DNA of 63,986 nucleotides, filler included, from Basidiobolus ranarum (taxonomy: Eukaryota), in the NCBI GenBank assembly GCA_040143965.1. It is 7 parts of 7 records of this genome, joined end to end, with 100 filler letters (N's around TTAATTAATTAA, not from the genome) between each part and the next. Parts side by side here need not be neighbours in the genome. Positions count along the whole stretch, not along the records: positions 18,515 to 27,660 come from JASJQH010007743.1; positions 27,761 to 36,895 come from JASJQH010007744.1; positions 36,996 to 46,117 come from JASJQH010007745.1; 4 more parts are not named here. One strand, given 5' to 3'. Made by a program: the position numbers and the translations under genes. A model generated the notes under the pieces. It did not search any database, was not told the origin of the DNA, and was given only the letters and a program-made list of their open reading frames with translations. This document shows, in pieces, positions 24,160-38,799 of this stretch. Numbering within the stretch: the stretch's first letter is position 1; every line of letters starts with the position of its first letter.

Positions 24160-25113
24160 ATGAACTGTAAAGACCTGGTAAAACTTAATGTTGGTGGAAA
24201 GGTCTTCCACACAACCAGATCGTCGCTTGCCAGTTCGAGTTTCTTCATTAATCTCCTTTCTGGCGACCTCATTGAAGGTTCTACCAGTAGGGAATCAACA
24301 GACACATTATCATCAGTAGGCGACATAATAACAACACGAGAACTGGATGAGAGCTCCGAATCTCAAGTGAAAGAAGATCAAATTCCTGTTTCTTACCATC
24401 CATGTTGTGATAGTGAAGTGATATTCATCGATAGGTCACCAAAGTTATTCTCTATTCTCCTAGAGTATCTTCGAACTGGGATATTAAATCTGCCACCATC
24501 GGTTAGCAAAGCCCGAATATGTGACGAAGCTATCTACTACGGAATAACGGGGGAAGAGCATCCTGTATTCGATGTATCACTAGAAAGACAACGTACAATT
24601 GAAACTACGTATCTATTCAAGGAAACATTCAGACAGAGCATCGGTACTGATCGGCCATTAATTCTCAACGCCTCTGCTGCTACGAAAACAATCAATTTGC
24701 TGTCCATCAAAGTCCTGAGCACTGCAATAAACAAGACGATGAAATTCCCCTCTGTGCTTATATACTTAGAGAGCCAACCCATTGTGTCTTCAAATGGAAT
24801 ATTTAATGAGATTTCCTATTACGCAGTGAATGATTGGGGAAACCGAACCATACTTCTAGATATTTTGGTGCTTAATTTCACCAAAAATAATTATTACACT
24901 CTGAATCTGATTCTCGATTCTGGTACTATCTATCGAGTCTCCCTGCGACGTAATCTCTGCTCATCCTGTCAGCGTTGTTCTAGATGTGAATCTCAATATG
25001 ACTTTCCCGTGAAGAATTGCCGAACATGCGAACAATTGTTCGTTCCGTTAGTAGAGATTGAATATAGTGTCCAGATGTCAATGCCAAAACTATGTGAAAT
25101 TCACCCAGAATAG
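24160..25113 (+). CDS. BTB/POZ (KCTD/T1-type) protein, intronless, with a C-terminal Cys cluster
   Basis: VKLNVGGKVFHTTRSSL, IFIDRSPKLFSILLEYLRTG, EAIYYGI. Confidence 0.88.
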   Translation: MNCKDLVKLNVGGKVFHTTRSSLASSSFFINLLSGDLIEGSTSRESTDTLSSVGDIITTRELDESSESQVKEDQIPVSYHPCCDSEVIFIDRSPKLFSILLEYLRTGILNLPPSVSKARICDEAIYYGITGEEHPVFDVSLERQRTIETTYLFKETFRQSIGTDRPLILNASAATKTINLLSIKVLSTAINKTMKFPSVLIYLESQPIVSSNGIFNEISYYAVNDWGNRTILLDILVLNFTKNNYYTLNLILDSGTIYRVSLRRNLCSSCQRCSRCESQYDFPVKNCRTCEQLFVPLVEIEYSVQMSMPKLCEIHPE

Positions 25114-25659
25114 CTACTTTGAGTTTCGATGATGAAAAAGTATGTTAAAGATGTCTCTTTGCGGTATATCATTAATATTCACTACGGATCAGGCAGACTA
25201 CCTTCGTTCCTAAAGCGCAAGATTTATAGCCTATCCTGCTCATATAGACTATATATAGGCTTTATTCTTAAGGAATCTGAAGCGATAATTGGTTTTGTTC
25301 TCAATTTGATATGACACTTGAAAATCTTATTGCTTGACAGTAATGCTTTCTTTTAAGCATTGTAGTAGAAATTTGGTATCAACATTAAATTCTTTGCTGA
25401 CTCTAGATATATTCACCAATTTTTATAAAGGTTATAATAGTGGCCAAAATCACGGCATAAACCATTTGGATTGCAAAATTGGAAGATCATATTGCTTTCC
25501 TTGAGTTTATGAGCTTTTGTGTCCATTCATTTATATTGCTATGTTAAGCAGTAATCAACTGATGGTTATATTTGTTCGGGAATTAGAGGCCAGATTATTA
25601 AGCAGAGTTTAGAGCAAGTGACTTGGACTAGCAAACCATTGAGTGCTAATATCAAATAT

Positions 25660-26138
25660 ATTGTTTGGGGCCTCTAGAATAAGTTCGAAAAATCTTCCAA
25701 GTGAACTTCTCTTGAGAAAGGTAGATGATCTCTTAGTGAAATATATGCCAACTAAATACTAAGCTGTGTATGACTATATAGGTGTTTAGGGAATGCTAAT
25801 TTCAACAATATACAGCTTAATATTTAGTTATTTCATATTTCACTAAGATATCACCCATTATTCTCAATCGGAATTTACTCAGAAGTTCTTAGATATGTAG
25901 ATTTTTCAAGCTTGTGCTAGAAGCCCCACACTTTGCACATATGCTCTCAGCACATTCTACACTTTTGTTCATCTATGTCTTGACAAAACTTTACATGTCA
26001 GCTTTCTGCTCAATAAACCAATAAGTGAAAACCAACAGTTTCTCAAGTTCTCCAAACCACTTCCAACAGGCTGCCAAAATACTTCAACATATATGACTAT
26101 ATAGATGTTTAGGTGCTTAGACATTGTTAAATTCAACA
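25660..26138. mobile_element. Nested cluster of three copia LTR pieces (-, +, -)
   Basis: Pieces at ~25660-25807 (-), 25808-26089 (+) and 26090-26138 (-), each ending in ttcaaca and homologous to 19007-19353. Confidence 0.82.
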
Positions 26139-26274
26139 AAAATATGTTTACAGATAAAGTTCTAAAGGTTAAGGAGGTGAACAAAATGATTTGAATCTGT
26201 AAGGAGATGAATCAAGCAACTTAATTTCATAACCAGTATCAAACTATTAATGATGCTAGCCATAGGCTTTCATG

Positions 26275-26595
26275 TGTTGAAATGAGCATTTCCTAAACAC
26301 CTATATAGTCATATATAACTTAGTATTTAGTTATCATATATTGAACGAAGATATCACCCATTATTCTCATCAGGAATTTACTTATAAGTTCTCAGATATA
26401 TAGATTTTCAAACTTGTGCTAGAAGCCCCCAACTTTGCACATATGTTCCTGGAACCTTCCTCAACACATTCTATATGTCAGTTTGTTTACATCTTGACAA
26501 AACTATAAATGTCAACTCAACAAATCAATAAGTGAAAACCACCTGTTTCTCTGAATCAAAAACCGCTTCCAACAGGCTCCCAAAATACTTCAACT
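26275..26595 (+). mobile_element. Solo LTR with 5-bp target-site duplication
   Basis: TGTTGAAA...CTTCAACT, flanked by TCATG at 26270-26274 and 26596-26600. Confidence 0.9.
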
Positions 26596-27350
26596 TCATG
26601 AATGCACTGTATATACTTCCTCCATCAGATTTTGGTTCAAAATAACAGCCTAGAGCTGAATGAATCTGATCATGCCAGATAGCGCTGAATTAAGCTACCC
26701 AAAGTTTCAAAATACTTGGTGCAATGGGAAATATACAGCACTATATGGCTCAATAAAATGGAGCAAGTGATATGTAAAGACACTGCTATATAACTTCTTT
26801 ACTAGATATACATAATCAAAGCATATTCTAGGTGAGTTTACATTATAATGAACTTGTCTTGGATGGTTATTTCCTGAGGTTAGGTAATAAGCACTTAGCA
26901 GTCACCAGTGAAGTGTGACCACTTCTTTCATGAGAGTTAAATATAGTTTTAAGATTATCACACATCTTGCAACAATCTCTTGTGACAAAGCTTATGGGAA
27001 CAATGATGACGATCTGACCTGATCTGATAACACAAAATGCAACGAAAGTTATGTTTCTCAAAACGCTCTCACAAATTTCATGCATATTGGCTCGAAATTC
27101 TTGAGCCAAGCGTAAGTACCAAAATATCCAGATATCCAGTAGACTACTTACACCTGACCATTCTCGTTGAATGAAATATTATCCCATTTTAATAAAAATT
27201 GGAAGATGCGATACATTATTTGACAATGTATTTGAGAAGCAACTACAAAGTTAAGAATGATGACGTTTCTCGAGCGTCTATAAGTCTCACAAACAATTTT
27301 ATACCGGAAGTATCGTGTTCTGTTCATTTTCTTATTCCTGTTAATTATCA

Positions 27351-27660
27351 ATGAACTGTAAAGACCTGGTAAAACTCAATGTTGGTGGAAAGGTTTTCCA
27401 CACAACCAGATCGTCCCTTGCCGGCTCAAGCTTCTTCACTAATCTTCTTTCTGGTGACTTCATGGAAGGTTCTGCCAGTAGGGAATCAACAGACATATCA
27501 TCAGTAGATGATATCAAAATGACCTGTGAGCTGGATGAGAACTCGGAGTCTCAAGTAAAAGAAGAAGAAGATCAAATTGCCGTTTCTTTCCATCCATGTT
27601 GTGATAGTGAAGTGATATTCATCGATAGGTCACCAAAGTTATTCTCTATTCTCCTAGAGT
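27351..27660 (+). CDS. BTB/POZ protein, tandem paralog of 24160-25113, 3'-truncated by contig end
   Basis: Near-identical N-terminus MNCKDLVKLNVGGKVFHTTRSSLA...IFIDRSPKLFSILLE. Confidence 0.88.
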
Positions 27661-27760
27661 NNNNNNNNNNNNNNNNNNNNNNNNNNNNNNNNNNNNNNNN
27701 NNNNTTAATTAATTAANNNNNNNNNNNNNNNNNNNNNNNNNNNNNNNNNNNNNNNNNNNN
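27661..27760. other. Artificial contig linker
   Basis: N-run + TTAATTAATTAA + N-run. Confidence 0.98.
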
Positions 27761-27854
27761 TTTATTGTCTTTATCATATATGTTATCCCTATCTTTATAC
27801 ACCTAACTATTTCATATATCACATATTAGTTAGTCAACATTATTTAGTCAAATA

Positions 27855-28331
27855 TCACTTAGCTGAAAATCTATTTCTCTTCTTGATCACATTGCTCTTT
27901 AAACTGAGTGGGCGAACTATACCGTGAAGTTTGAGGAATAGGCCACAAGCATTACACAATGGTTCGCCATCTTGAGGATTACGACGCCAAAGAGGAGTTG
28001 TGGTAGTTTGACAATTAGAGCACCGCAGTCCATCTGACGGATCAGATCCTGGAGTAGAAGACTTTTGGCGTCTGCAGACTTTCTTAGACGAGGGAGGTAC
28101 AAATCTAGGTCTTTTCTCGTTACTGTTTAACCACTCTTCGGAGCCATCTGAACCCAAATGATCGGGGCTATCATTACCCTCTTCATGAGCGGGGTCCTTG
28201 ACATTCATTGTTTGTTTGTTCTCTTGTTTGCGAGTATTTGATGGGAAATTAGGCTGAGAGACAAAACTAATGGTATTATTACAATTGCGAAGATCGTGAG
28301 ACAAAGAAGTTGAATAGTTGTTGAATTTCAT
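27855..28331 (-). CDS. Small GATA zinc-finger transcription factor (AreA/Gat1-like finger)
   Basis: [51 protein letters not shown]. Start codon uncertain. Confidence 0.88.
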   Translation of the reverse strand: MKFNNYSTSLSHDLRNCNNTISFVSQPNFPSNTRKQENKQTMNVKDPAHEEGNDSPDHLGSDGSEEWLNSNEKRPRFVPPSSKKVCRRQKSSTPGSDPSDGLRCSNCQTTTTPLWRRNPQDGEPLCNACGLFLKLHGIVRPLSLKSNVIKKRNRFSAK

Positions 28332-30517
28332 AACAAATTGCCTATATCTAGAAAAGTGATCACTGGTACGAGAGACCTGAACGTTCTTTTTAAATAAAAA
28401 ACCTCAGCTGCCACCTAAACTAAAATGATCGATCAACGAGCTAGTCGATTATAGGACCTTGAATACGCACTAACTCAGTGTCTGGGCTGCTGAATATATT
28501 ACCGGGCTCTGTCTGAACCTTGCAGTTTCTAATAGAAATGATTCATAGATCAATACACCTGATTAAAATTCATAGCCAATTGCGTTAGACAGTAACCGAT
28601 AAAAATCCTCTCTACCTATAGGGTGAAGCTGACTCCTCTCGAAAAAGGAAACAATAAAGTATATTTGTATTCTTTTCTATACTAATAAGTTATATTTATT
28701 CACGAGTAGATTGAAATAGTGGAATTTACTGGAATTTCAATGATTTTGCTTCTCCCTCGTGACTGAGGGGTATCTAATCGTAGGTAGGATTTTATCTTAT
28801 CTCGCTATGTTGGTTCTGCTGCTGTAGGCATTTCATGCATCGAATTGTAAATATTCGTGCTAAGACTTTGCGGTTATTTGGGAATTTACAGGCTTGGAGT
28901 GAACATCCCAGAGAGAAGTGCAGCAAGTGTCCAAAAGTATGAAATATTCCCAAAAGTCACTAGTGCGCTGCTAAACTAATAGAAGCCGCACTGAATCAAA
29001 GATCGTGAGTCGAGGCCGCTGGACCCACTCATAAGAAGAGGCGTCCAATTATGAAGCCTTGTAATAGGAATTCGATAGTAAGTCAATTTTATCCTCAGTC
29101 ATGCGACTCCTTATTTGCTATTGGACAATTCTCAATCCTCAACTCATTCACATCAATATTTTCAAGGTTAACAAATCAGAGGCTACAGAATACCAAATAT
29201 ACTTGGAACGAAAATAGTCGCTAAATGTTCATCCACTTCCTCAAATGATATGTAGATTAATGCAGATATATCAAAGAAGTTGGAGGTGTACGGGGTATGT
29301 CCAGGGTGGTGGTACCAGATACAATCGTCCGCATCCTATCCCAACATGGACATTACCCATGAAACCAATGGAAATTCTAACTAGTGGATGAATGCTTCAT
29401 TTTTGGCATTCCAAACATTCATTTACCGTGGATTTTCTTTTAGAATATGATTTCTTTGGTTAGTTAGTTTGTTTGATTCAAAATAGGGTTGGAGGACTTC
29501 ACTTCCATTTTTGTTGCCTCTATTAACTTCGAATGCAACCTTCTATACTAATCATGTTCTCACATCTCACCGCTCCTCTGTTCACCATTAAGGAAATAAT
29601 TTAATAAATAAAAAAGGATGATGATGAGAATAGAAGAGCTACACTTACTAGGAAAGTCCCTTTTCCAATATTTTTTCTCTACATCCTTGGAGGAGCCAGA
29701 AATGTAAGTATACGACTTCACCAATGAGATGCTATACTGCTTGAAAGAAAATTCGAATCGATGATGTGTGAAGTAAATACGAGTTAATGGTGGATGTGTG
29801 GTTCGTTGAATGGTTCACTTGTTGTCCATCCTACTCCTTCCATGGTTGATTTTGAACTTACTTGATAAGTGATGAACACTGGTTAGTTATTAGGTTATAT
29901 CCTAAGTAGAGTTGCACGTAGGAATACTATGCAGAAGTCATCTTGAGATTCAGCAACTATCCATGCTATTTTCATATATCGAGCCATAGACCCTGGTCTG
30001 AAGGAACAGGTCGAATGCAGATCTATGCACGTGATGAAATCATGGGTGAATGGTGGATAGCCAAATGGTGGTTGGATCAAGTAAGGAATTCTATTACTAC
30101 AAATCAGATGGGCCATTGTCTTATTTGAGTTGTGAGGAAAATCTACCGATTGGAAGGATAATAGTGTCTGAAATTGGGCAATCTAGGCCTTCTTCAGAGT
30201 TGTGATTTAGAGTTGAAACTCAGAAAGAATTATTGGTTGACTATGAAACTTCTTACTAATTGAGGATGGGAAAGTCCTACCCTGGTTAGTACATCTGGTT
30301 ACGTGTGATTTTAATAATCGATCAATAGTTTGGAGGCCATTGTTGTTTAGTGGTGGATAATTAGTGCGATTGCTAACATGAACATGGATTCTAACATTTG
30401 CAATGAAAGTAGCCTCTACATGGGCTTGATTTATTTGTACTATGGTGTCTTAAGAAATCTGTTAATTCGCTATTACTAAGAGTGTCAAGTTTTCATTTCC
30501 ATACATACATGTATGTG

Positions 30518-32259
30518 TTAGCACGGGCGAGAATACGTAATTTGCTCGTTAGTTGATTCTGAATTGGCCTTATCATCAGGCTTTGCTCCAATACATTCAG
30601 CATAGGCTTCTGCTTCAACCTGTGAGCTGGTCTCCAAAACTTCCATGGTATGCATAATATCGTTGACCAAACGATCTATCAGCTCTTCAGTCATACTTTC
30701 GCGCACCACCACGCGGATTACTTCTTCAGATTGTGATGGGAGTTTGTAAGAAGGTAGCATCCAGTAACGCATCTGAAGTAGTCCTGAAACTGCCTTCTGG
30801 CGTACATGAGGATTGGATTTTTTAAAACTTTCCGATAATTTGAATGCTACCAGAGGTAGGCCTTCGTGGAAATCCTTTGCACTCTCTACTTCTCCATCTT
30901 GGTTCTTCTTAATATGGATATTGGAGACTATACTGAAATACCCTGATTTATCTAACGCTACAGATAGTAATCTAGCATTTTGTAAGCATGTTTCCATAAC
31001 CTCTGTATATCCTTCAATACCTAGACGTAAGAAGTTGTAATATTGCGAGATTACAAAGCAGGCAGGTCTGGAGAAATTCAATGTGAATGTTTGCTCCGAA
31101 CCACCAAGGTAATCCATCTCAAAAATCAGATCTTTCGAAAGGTATTCTTCGCCTCGCCAGAGAACCCAACCAATCCCCTGTATAAATTAAGTATGAGTTA
31201 AAAAGCAACAGTACTTGAGTAGATTAGAAAACTCCCTTACCGGGTAAGAGAGCCCATATTTATGTCCACTGGCATTAATGCTCACAACCCTAGGGATTTC
31301 AAATGACCACTTCAAATCCGGATAGCTAAAAGGAGCAATGAAAGCCCCAGACGCACCATCAACATGGATGGGAATGTAGTTACCCGTTTCCTTCTCATAT
31401 TCATCTAATAACTTGGCGAGACGATCTATAGGTTCGAAATGTCCAGTGAATGTTGAGCCTAAAATAGACTATAATACAATCAGAATATTAGTACTTACTA
31501 CGGAGCACAATGTATAATTAGATCAAAATATACGTAGACTCCTATGGTATTCTCATCACATAGCTTCACTACTTCCTCAGGATCTGAAACGTAATTTGAT
31601 TGTTCAGAAACTTTTACGATTCTTGGTTCAACATCGAAGTATCTGGCAAACTTTTCCAAGGCAATCTGTGCATTAGCGCCAAAAACGATGTTAGGTTTCG
31701 ATGTATCTTTTCCCTTCTTTTGGCGGCGTTCTTTCCATTTCCATTTCATTGCAAGCCCGCCCAACATAACGCCCTCAGAAGAGCCCACTGTAGCAGTCCC
31801 AATTGCTTGATGGCTCTCGGGTATCTTCCAAAGGTGTGATAAGATGGAGATACACCTTTGATGAATCATTTGAGTTCCAGTAAGTTCCTCTTGGTTTACA
31901 AAATTTTTCGGTAAAGAGTCCATTATGAGTTTGTCTGCTTCAGGTTCCATCCAAGTGGTGAGGAAAGTAGCGCAGTTCATTAAAGCTCTTCCATCAAGTT
32001 CCATATCATCACGGCAAATACGATATACTGTACCAGCTGGGGTGGATTTTTCCGGCATCTTGAACTACATTAATATAAGGGGGATTAGTCAAGTATTGGA
32101 GAAAAGAAACTATCGAGTAGAGAGAACTTTAGGGATCCCTTCGGAGGCATATCGTGTTCCATATGCGAATGAGTGTAAATGAGGTTCTTTGCGAGCCAAG
32201 AGCTCCCCTCTGGATTCTTCTACCAATTTCTCTGGGTCAATATGTTTAACTAAAGACAT
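30518..32259 (-). CDS. GAD1: Glutamate decarboxylase (PLP-dependent), 4 exons
   Basis: [12 protein letters not shown]..., [52 protein letters not shown] (PLP lysine), TFTLNFSRP. Confidence 0.95.
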
Positions 32260-33917
32260 GATGAATGTTCGAGCACTGAATGGTAAGTGAATGCTTTTTT
32301 GGCTATTTTATAGGGTTTTAAAATATCAAACTCAGATAACGTCACTAGTAAGGCCGATGTGCTCCAGACAAGCCAACTTGTAGTAAAGCACTGTATATGC
32401 CGTAATGAAGTGACTGTATCGAAAATAATGAATGACATTCATACTGTTTGTTATTAAAGGGCTGCTAGTGAAGTAACTGTCGTTTAGTTTACGTCAGATC
32501 AGTTCAAAACAGTCAAAGCCACTGAGAATGTAGAATCATTATTGTAAAAGATATATGAATTGCTGACCTCATTAACACGTCAGTAACTCCAGCTGATGAC
32601 TACGTTACACATTAACTGTCAACCAACTCAGAAGATCGCAACCGTTCAGTCCATAGGCCACATACATATATACATAAAGCCACATGCTCAGCAAATAGCC
32701 ACAGCGCAAGAATGGAAATAAAGTCATGAGCAACCATTACGGAAATCATAAGCCACCACTGGGGTGCGTGATTCCAACTTGAAAGCGGTAATTCCCATTT
32801 TGGACTTCACTTGTCTCCCTTCCACAACGAAGCGTGATTGAGACTTGATTGGTGATATCTAGTACTGAGTTACATTTGTATCTAGTTTAATGTTCGTGAT
32901 TAGCTATAATATCCTCTGTCTCGGACATGAATTTATAGAATGAAATTCAATGGTTGTCAATATCTATTTACTAAAGTGCACAAAATCCAACTATAGTTAT
33001 TGATACTGTGCGTATCTCGGCTATCTCCGACAAAAACTGGTTATCAAACTATCTCTACTATATCCTCAGTATTTTTTATCAACATTATCCAAGCTCTTGA
33101 ATAGTAACTGTGAGGCTTTCTACAAACTTTCTTCTGATTAGCTTGCTTCGATCAAATCCGATGCTATTTGAAATTTTCAAGGCTCTGCAATTGATGGGGT
33201 AACGCAAAAAATTATATACTGACCACCTGCTCAACGTTGAAAAAATTCTTGTTTCATTTTTGCTTTAATATATATATATTAGTTCTATGCGTTCAACAGG
33301 GTTTTCGTAGTATATAGAGTTCTTGTCGAGAAAGAGTTACCAGTGAGGCAATTAGTAGGGGATCAGAGCACAAACATTGTAATTATCATTATATGAAGTT
33401 GTGTGCAAAGGAAGTGTCAGAACAACGTAGTTTTGGTAAGATCACAAACAGTACTTCGAATTGTATAATACCATGAGGGTATCGCAGTTACTGGGGACTT
33501 ACACAAGAGTTGCTTTAGGCCCTTGAACGTGCCACCTCTCCAATTCAATTTGTGTCAAACAGGCTCTAATAGTTAAATATGTTCTTGCTATATACGTCTG
33601 TTTCTGGTCAATAAACACAGCACTTTATAATGAATTTTAATATCAAAATGTCGTAGGCTAAGTATCGCGAGAATATTTTGACAGGTTGGCGAGAGTTGGT
33701 TGGTTAAGGCAAGGTGGTGAGAATATTGGCATTGAGATCAATATTTTGCGCCAGTAGTGAGACTTGTCCAGACTAAAATCATTTAGTAAAATTTCTAATT
33801 TGAAATTACTCCAAATGCCATATATCTGACCATATTAAGTCGCAATTTTTGTTCCTAGAGAAAGTAGCACTCAAATTCTCAGTCACACTTCTTCCTGGGA
33901 ATTCACGACTTTCCCTG

Positions 33918-35574
<1,657 letters not shown>

Positions 35575-35636
35575 TTGAATATACCTTATTATCCTTAACT
35601 CACTCCCAATAAACATCATTTCTTCTTATATGAACC

Positions 35637-35966
35637 TGTTGAAATTAACATAGCCCAAACATCTATATAGTCATATATAGCTTAGTATTTAGTTAGTCCA
35701 TATTTCACCAAGATATCTTCCACTTTTCTCAAGAGGAATCTACTTAGAAGTTCTTAGATATTTAGATTTTTCAGACTTGTCCTAGAATCCCCAAACATTG
35801 CACACATGTTCCTGGGACCTTCCTTAACACATTTTACGCATTTATTTGTTTACCTCTAGACAAAACTATAAATGTCAACTTTCGACTCAATCAATCATTA
35901 AGTGAAAACCACGAATTCTTATAGTGCTCCAAACCACTTGCAACATACTCCCAAAATACTTCAACA
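35637..35966 (+). mobile_element. Copia family solo LTR
   Basis: TGTTGAAATT...CTTCAACA, full-length homology to the other copies. No TSD visible. Confidence 0.9.
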
Positions 35967-36145
35967 GTCAGGAAGGTCCCAGGAACATGTTTACAAGGTG
36001 TGGGGTCTTTTGGATAGATTTGAGAAAATCACATAATCTGAGAACTTCCAAGTAAATTACAAGTGAAAATATTGAATAACAACAGGGAAGTTAAGGTAGC
36101 TTGCTATATGAGTATATAGATGCTTAAGCTATATCATTTTCAACA
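35967..36145 (-). mobile_element. Older partial LTR of the same family, opposite orientation
   Basis: ggaaggtcccaggaacatg...tctgagaacttccaagtaaatt...ttttcaaca. Confidence 0.75.
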
Positions 36146-36208
36146 GATGATAGCTTTAGATGAACTTAAGTATCTCATAGGTTTACAGATCCACATGGAT
36201 ACACAAAG

Positions 36209-36538
36209 TGCTGAAATTAGCATTGCCTAAACACCTATATAGTCATATATAGCTTAGTACTTAGTTATCCTATATTGAACTGAGATATCACCCATTATTT
36301 GATATTGGAATTTACTTATAAGTTCTCAGATATATAGCTTTTGATAACTTGTGCTAGAAGCCCCAATCTGTGCACACATGTTCCTGAAAGGTTCCTTAAC
36401 ATACTCTACATGTTAGTTTGTTTACATCTTGACAAAACTATAAATGTCAACTTTCTACTCAATAAATCAATAAGTGAAAACCACCAATTTCTTTAGTTCT
36501 CCAAACCACTTGCAACAGGCTCCCACAATACTTTAACA
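36209..36538 (+). mobile_element. Copia family solo LTR with near-perfect TSD
   Basis: TGCTGAAATTAGC...CTTTAACA, flanked by CAAAG and CTAAG. Confidence 0.9.
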
Positions 36539-36895
36539 CTAAGCACATCTATAACTTTAAATTGGTCTAAATACATATTAGACTTCTTCAGATGCTACAA
36601 GATGGAGGATTACAAGCCAGTAGCAACTCCCAGAGAACTAAATGCGAAAATTAGTCAAAAATCACATTATAAATGACAATAATTGACCAAATATTGCTCA
36701 AAGTGTTTCATTTGAAAACCCTGATTTCTCGCATCAAGCTATGGTAAGCAAGCTTCTTTCAACATTTGAAATGATAGTGTGTGCATTAGTAAGGTACTTG
36801 GCTCTATAATACTCTTTTAATAAAAACCCGGCTTCATGAATTTTGAATACTACGTGTTTAAAAGCCTGCCAGAAGGCTGTTAGTCTTACTTCCTA

Positions 36896-36995
36896 NNNNN
36901 NNNNNNNNNNNNNNNNNNNNNNNNNNNNNNNNNNNNNNNTTAATTAATTAANNNNNNNNNNNNNNNNNNNNNNNNNNNNNNNNNNNNNNNNNNNN
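36896..36995. other. Artificial contig linker
   Basis: N-run + TTAATTAATTAA + N-run. Confidence 0.98.
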
Positions 36996-37419
36996 TCCTC
37001 AATCGCCTCGATCCATGCAGATACCACCGATCACGCCTGTTCAAGGTCCTGGAATTTCTCCTCTAGCCTATCAACACAGCCCTCATATGAACCCCTACAA
37101 CATGGATCCGTTGATACTGCCACCTCCCTTAGTTCCCGATGAATCCACCAACCGCCATAAGATACCAAGTGGACATGCACGCAATCATTCCTTACCATCC
37201 ATCAGAACGTTGCCGGAGAACCACGACCTCTCCTTATCGCCCTTAGTTCTTAAAGACGCATCTTCTCCGATGGTTTATTTCCCAGGCTCAGCAAGTAAAC
37301 TGATGGCAAGTCAAGATGCTGCATCCCCAATGTTCCTACCAGATCCGATCTCACCATCCAGCTTGAAGCTATCTTCTATCGACCAAGCCCAAAAGGAGAA
37401 AATCCGGCCACGAGTCTAG
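36996..37419 (+). CDS. 3' end of a Pro/Ser-rich, probably regulatory protein (5'-truncated)
   Basis: Frame open from the contig edge; low-complexity sequence including HARNHSLPSI. No domain recognised. Confidence 0.55.
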
Positions 37420-38799
37420 CCCAAGTGATACGCAATTACTACTATTCAAGAATTAGCACCCTTAGAACTCAACCTCGTGCATACACGTTTTGATCGATAG
37501 GATTTCATTGAATCCTTTGTTTATATTTATCTATCATGTGCACCATACCTTTTCCATGTAACATCGATTTGCCAACTTCCATCATATGTATCTTCTTGCA
37601 CAATCAAAGAGTTGAATAGGTAAATTACTGGCTTCAGAAAGCATAGACTTGACTTTTACCAATGGTAAGGCTAAGCCGAGAAAATACATCGCATTCAATC
37701 ATACCATCGAAGAATATCCTCATCTTTGCCAAGAAAACCACGACTGACGGCCAGAGTCTTAGTTTTCTCCGTCTCACCACATTAAGATTGGGATGTAAGT
37801 GATCAACGAGAATTCAACAAACCACTATCTGGTCACACCCATCCCACGTGTAGAGATGATTGGATATAAACTGTCTACGTACATATATGATACCCAGATC
37901 AATCACGGAATTCTTGACTCGCAAGAGAATGTTTCCTTTTTTCCAAATTTCCATATTGCATTCACTCTTGTTCATTCTCACCCCCCTCTCTCTACCCTCT
38001 CCTTCTTTTCACCCCTGAATCATGGTATAACCCTTTATTCCAATTTGTCAATATTCATTTAATATTCTCCAAAGAAATGAGATTGATGAGGTAACTTATT
38101 CGATCGGTATCATCCTAACATGGAGCATATTCATTTAATCCCCCCAACTTCTCCGAACATCGTGAATTTCTGGTCTCCAGTTGTCTCCGATCATCGTGGT
38201 TTTTATCCATTTTCTTGTTAATAAATGCTGGTTATTTTTGTAATATAGATTGATGTATCGATGGGTAGATCAACCAAAAATGATGAAGGTTCATCTCACT
38301 AGTACTTCGAGTATAGTAGTGTATAACGTAGAAGAGCAATAGGGGAGTGCGCATGTGAAGCAGTGATTAACCTCATACCACAGTCAATATTACCAGAATT
38401 GTTATAGAATATTCAACCAAAAGAATGCTACAGGCAGAGAATGATCAACATTGAGATATACCAATCAAGTATCCATGCATCCGATGCAATAGTATTTAGT
38501 TTCAAACAACTTAGATTCAAATGTAACTGGATAGGGAGATAGAGCGTTACATTTCTCCAACTCCATATGGGACACCTCTAATACTCCTATCCCTCATCTC
38601 CAACATCAGGGGTGGCTATTTCATGTCGGAAACGTCGTCTGCATTGTAGATCAATGTCACCAGCTAGTGAACATAAACGAATTCTCCTATGCAAGTGGGA
38701 TATATGGGAAATAAACTGCTAGTGTACCATATCTCATTGGAGTATTTCAAGAAAGATCTCCATATACAAACTGAGCATAAAGACAATTTTGGTGGCATA

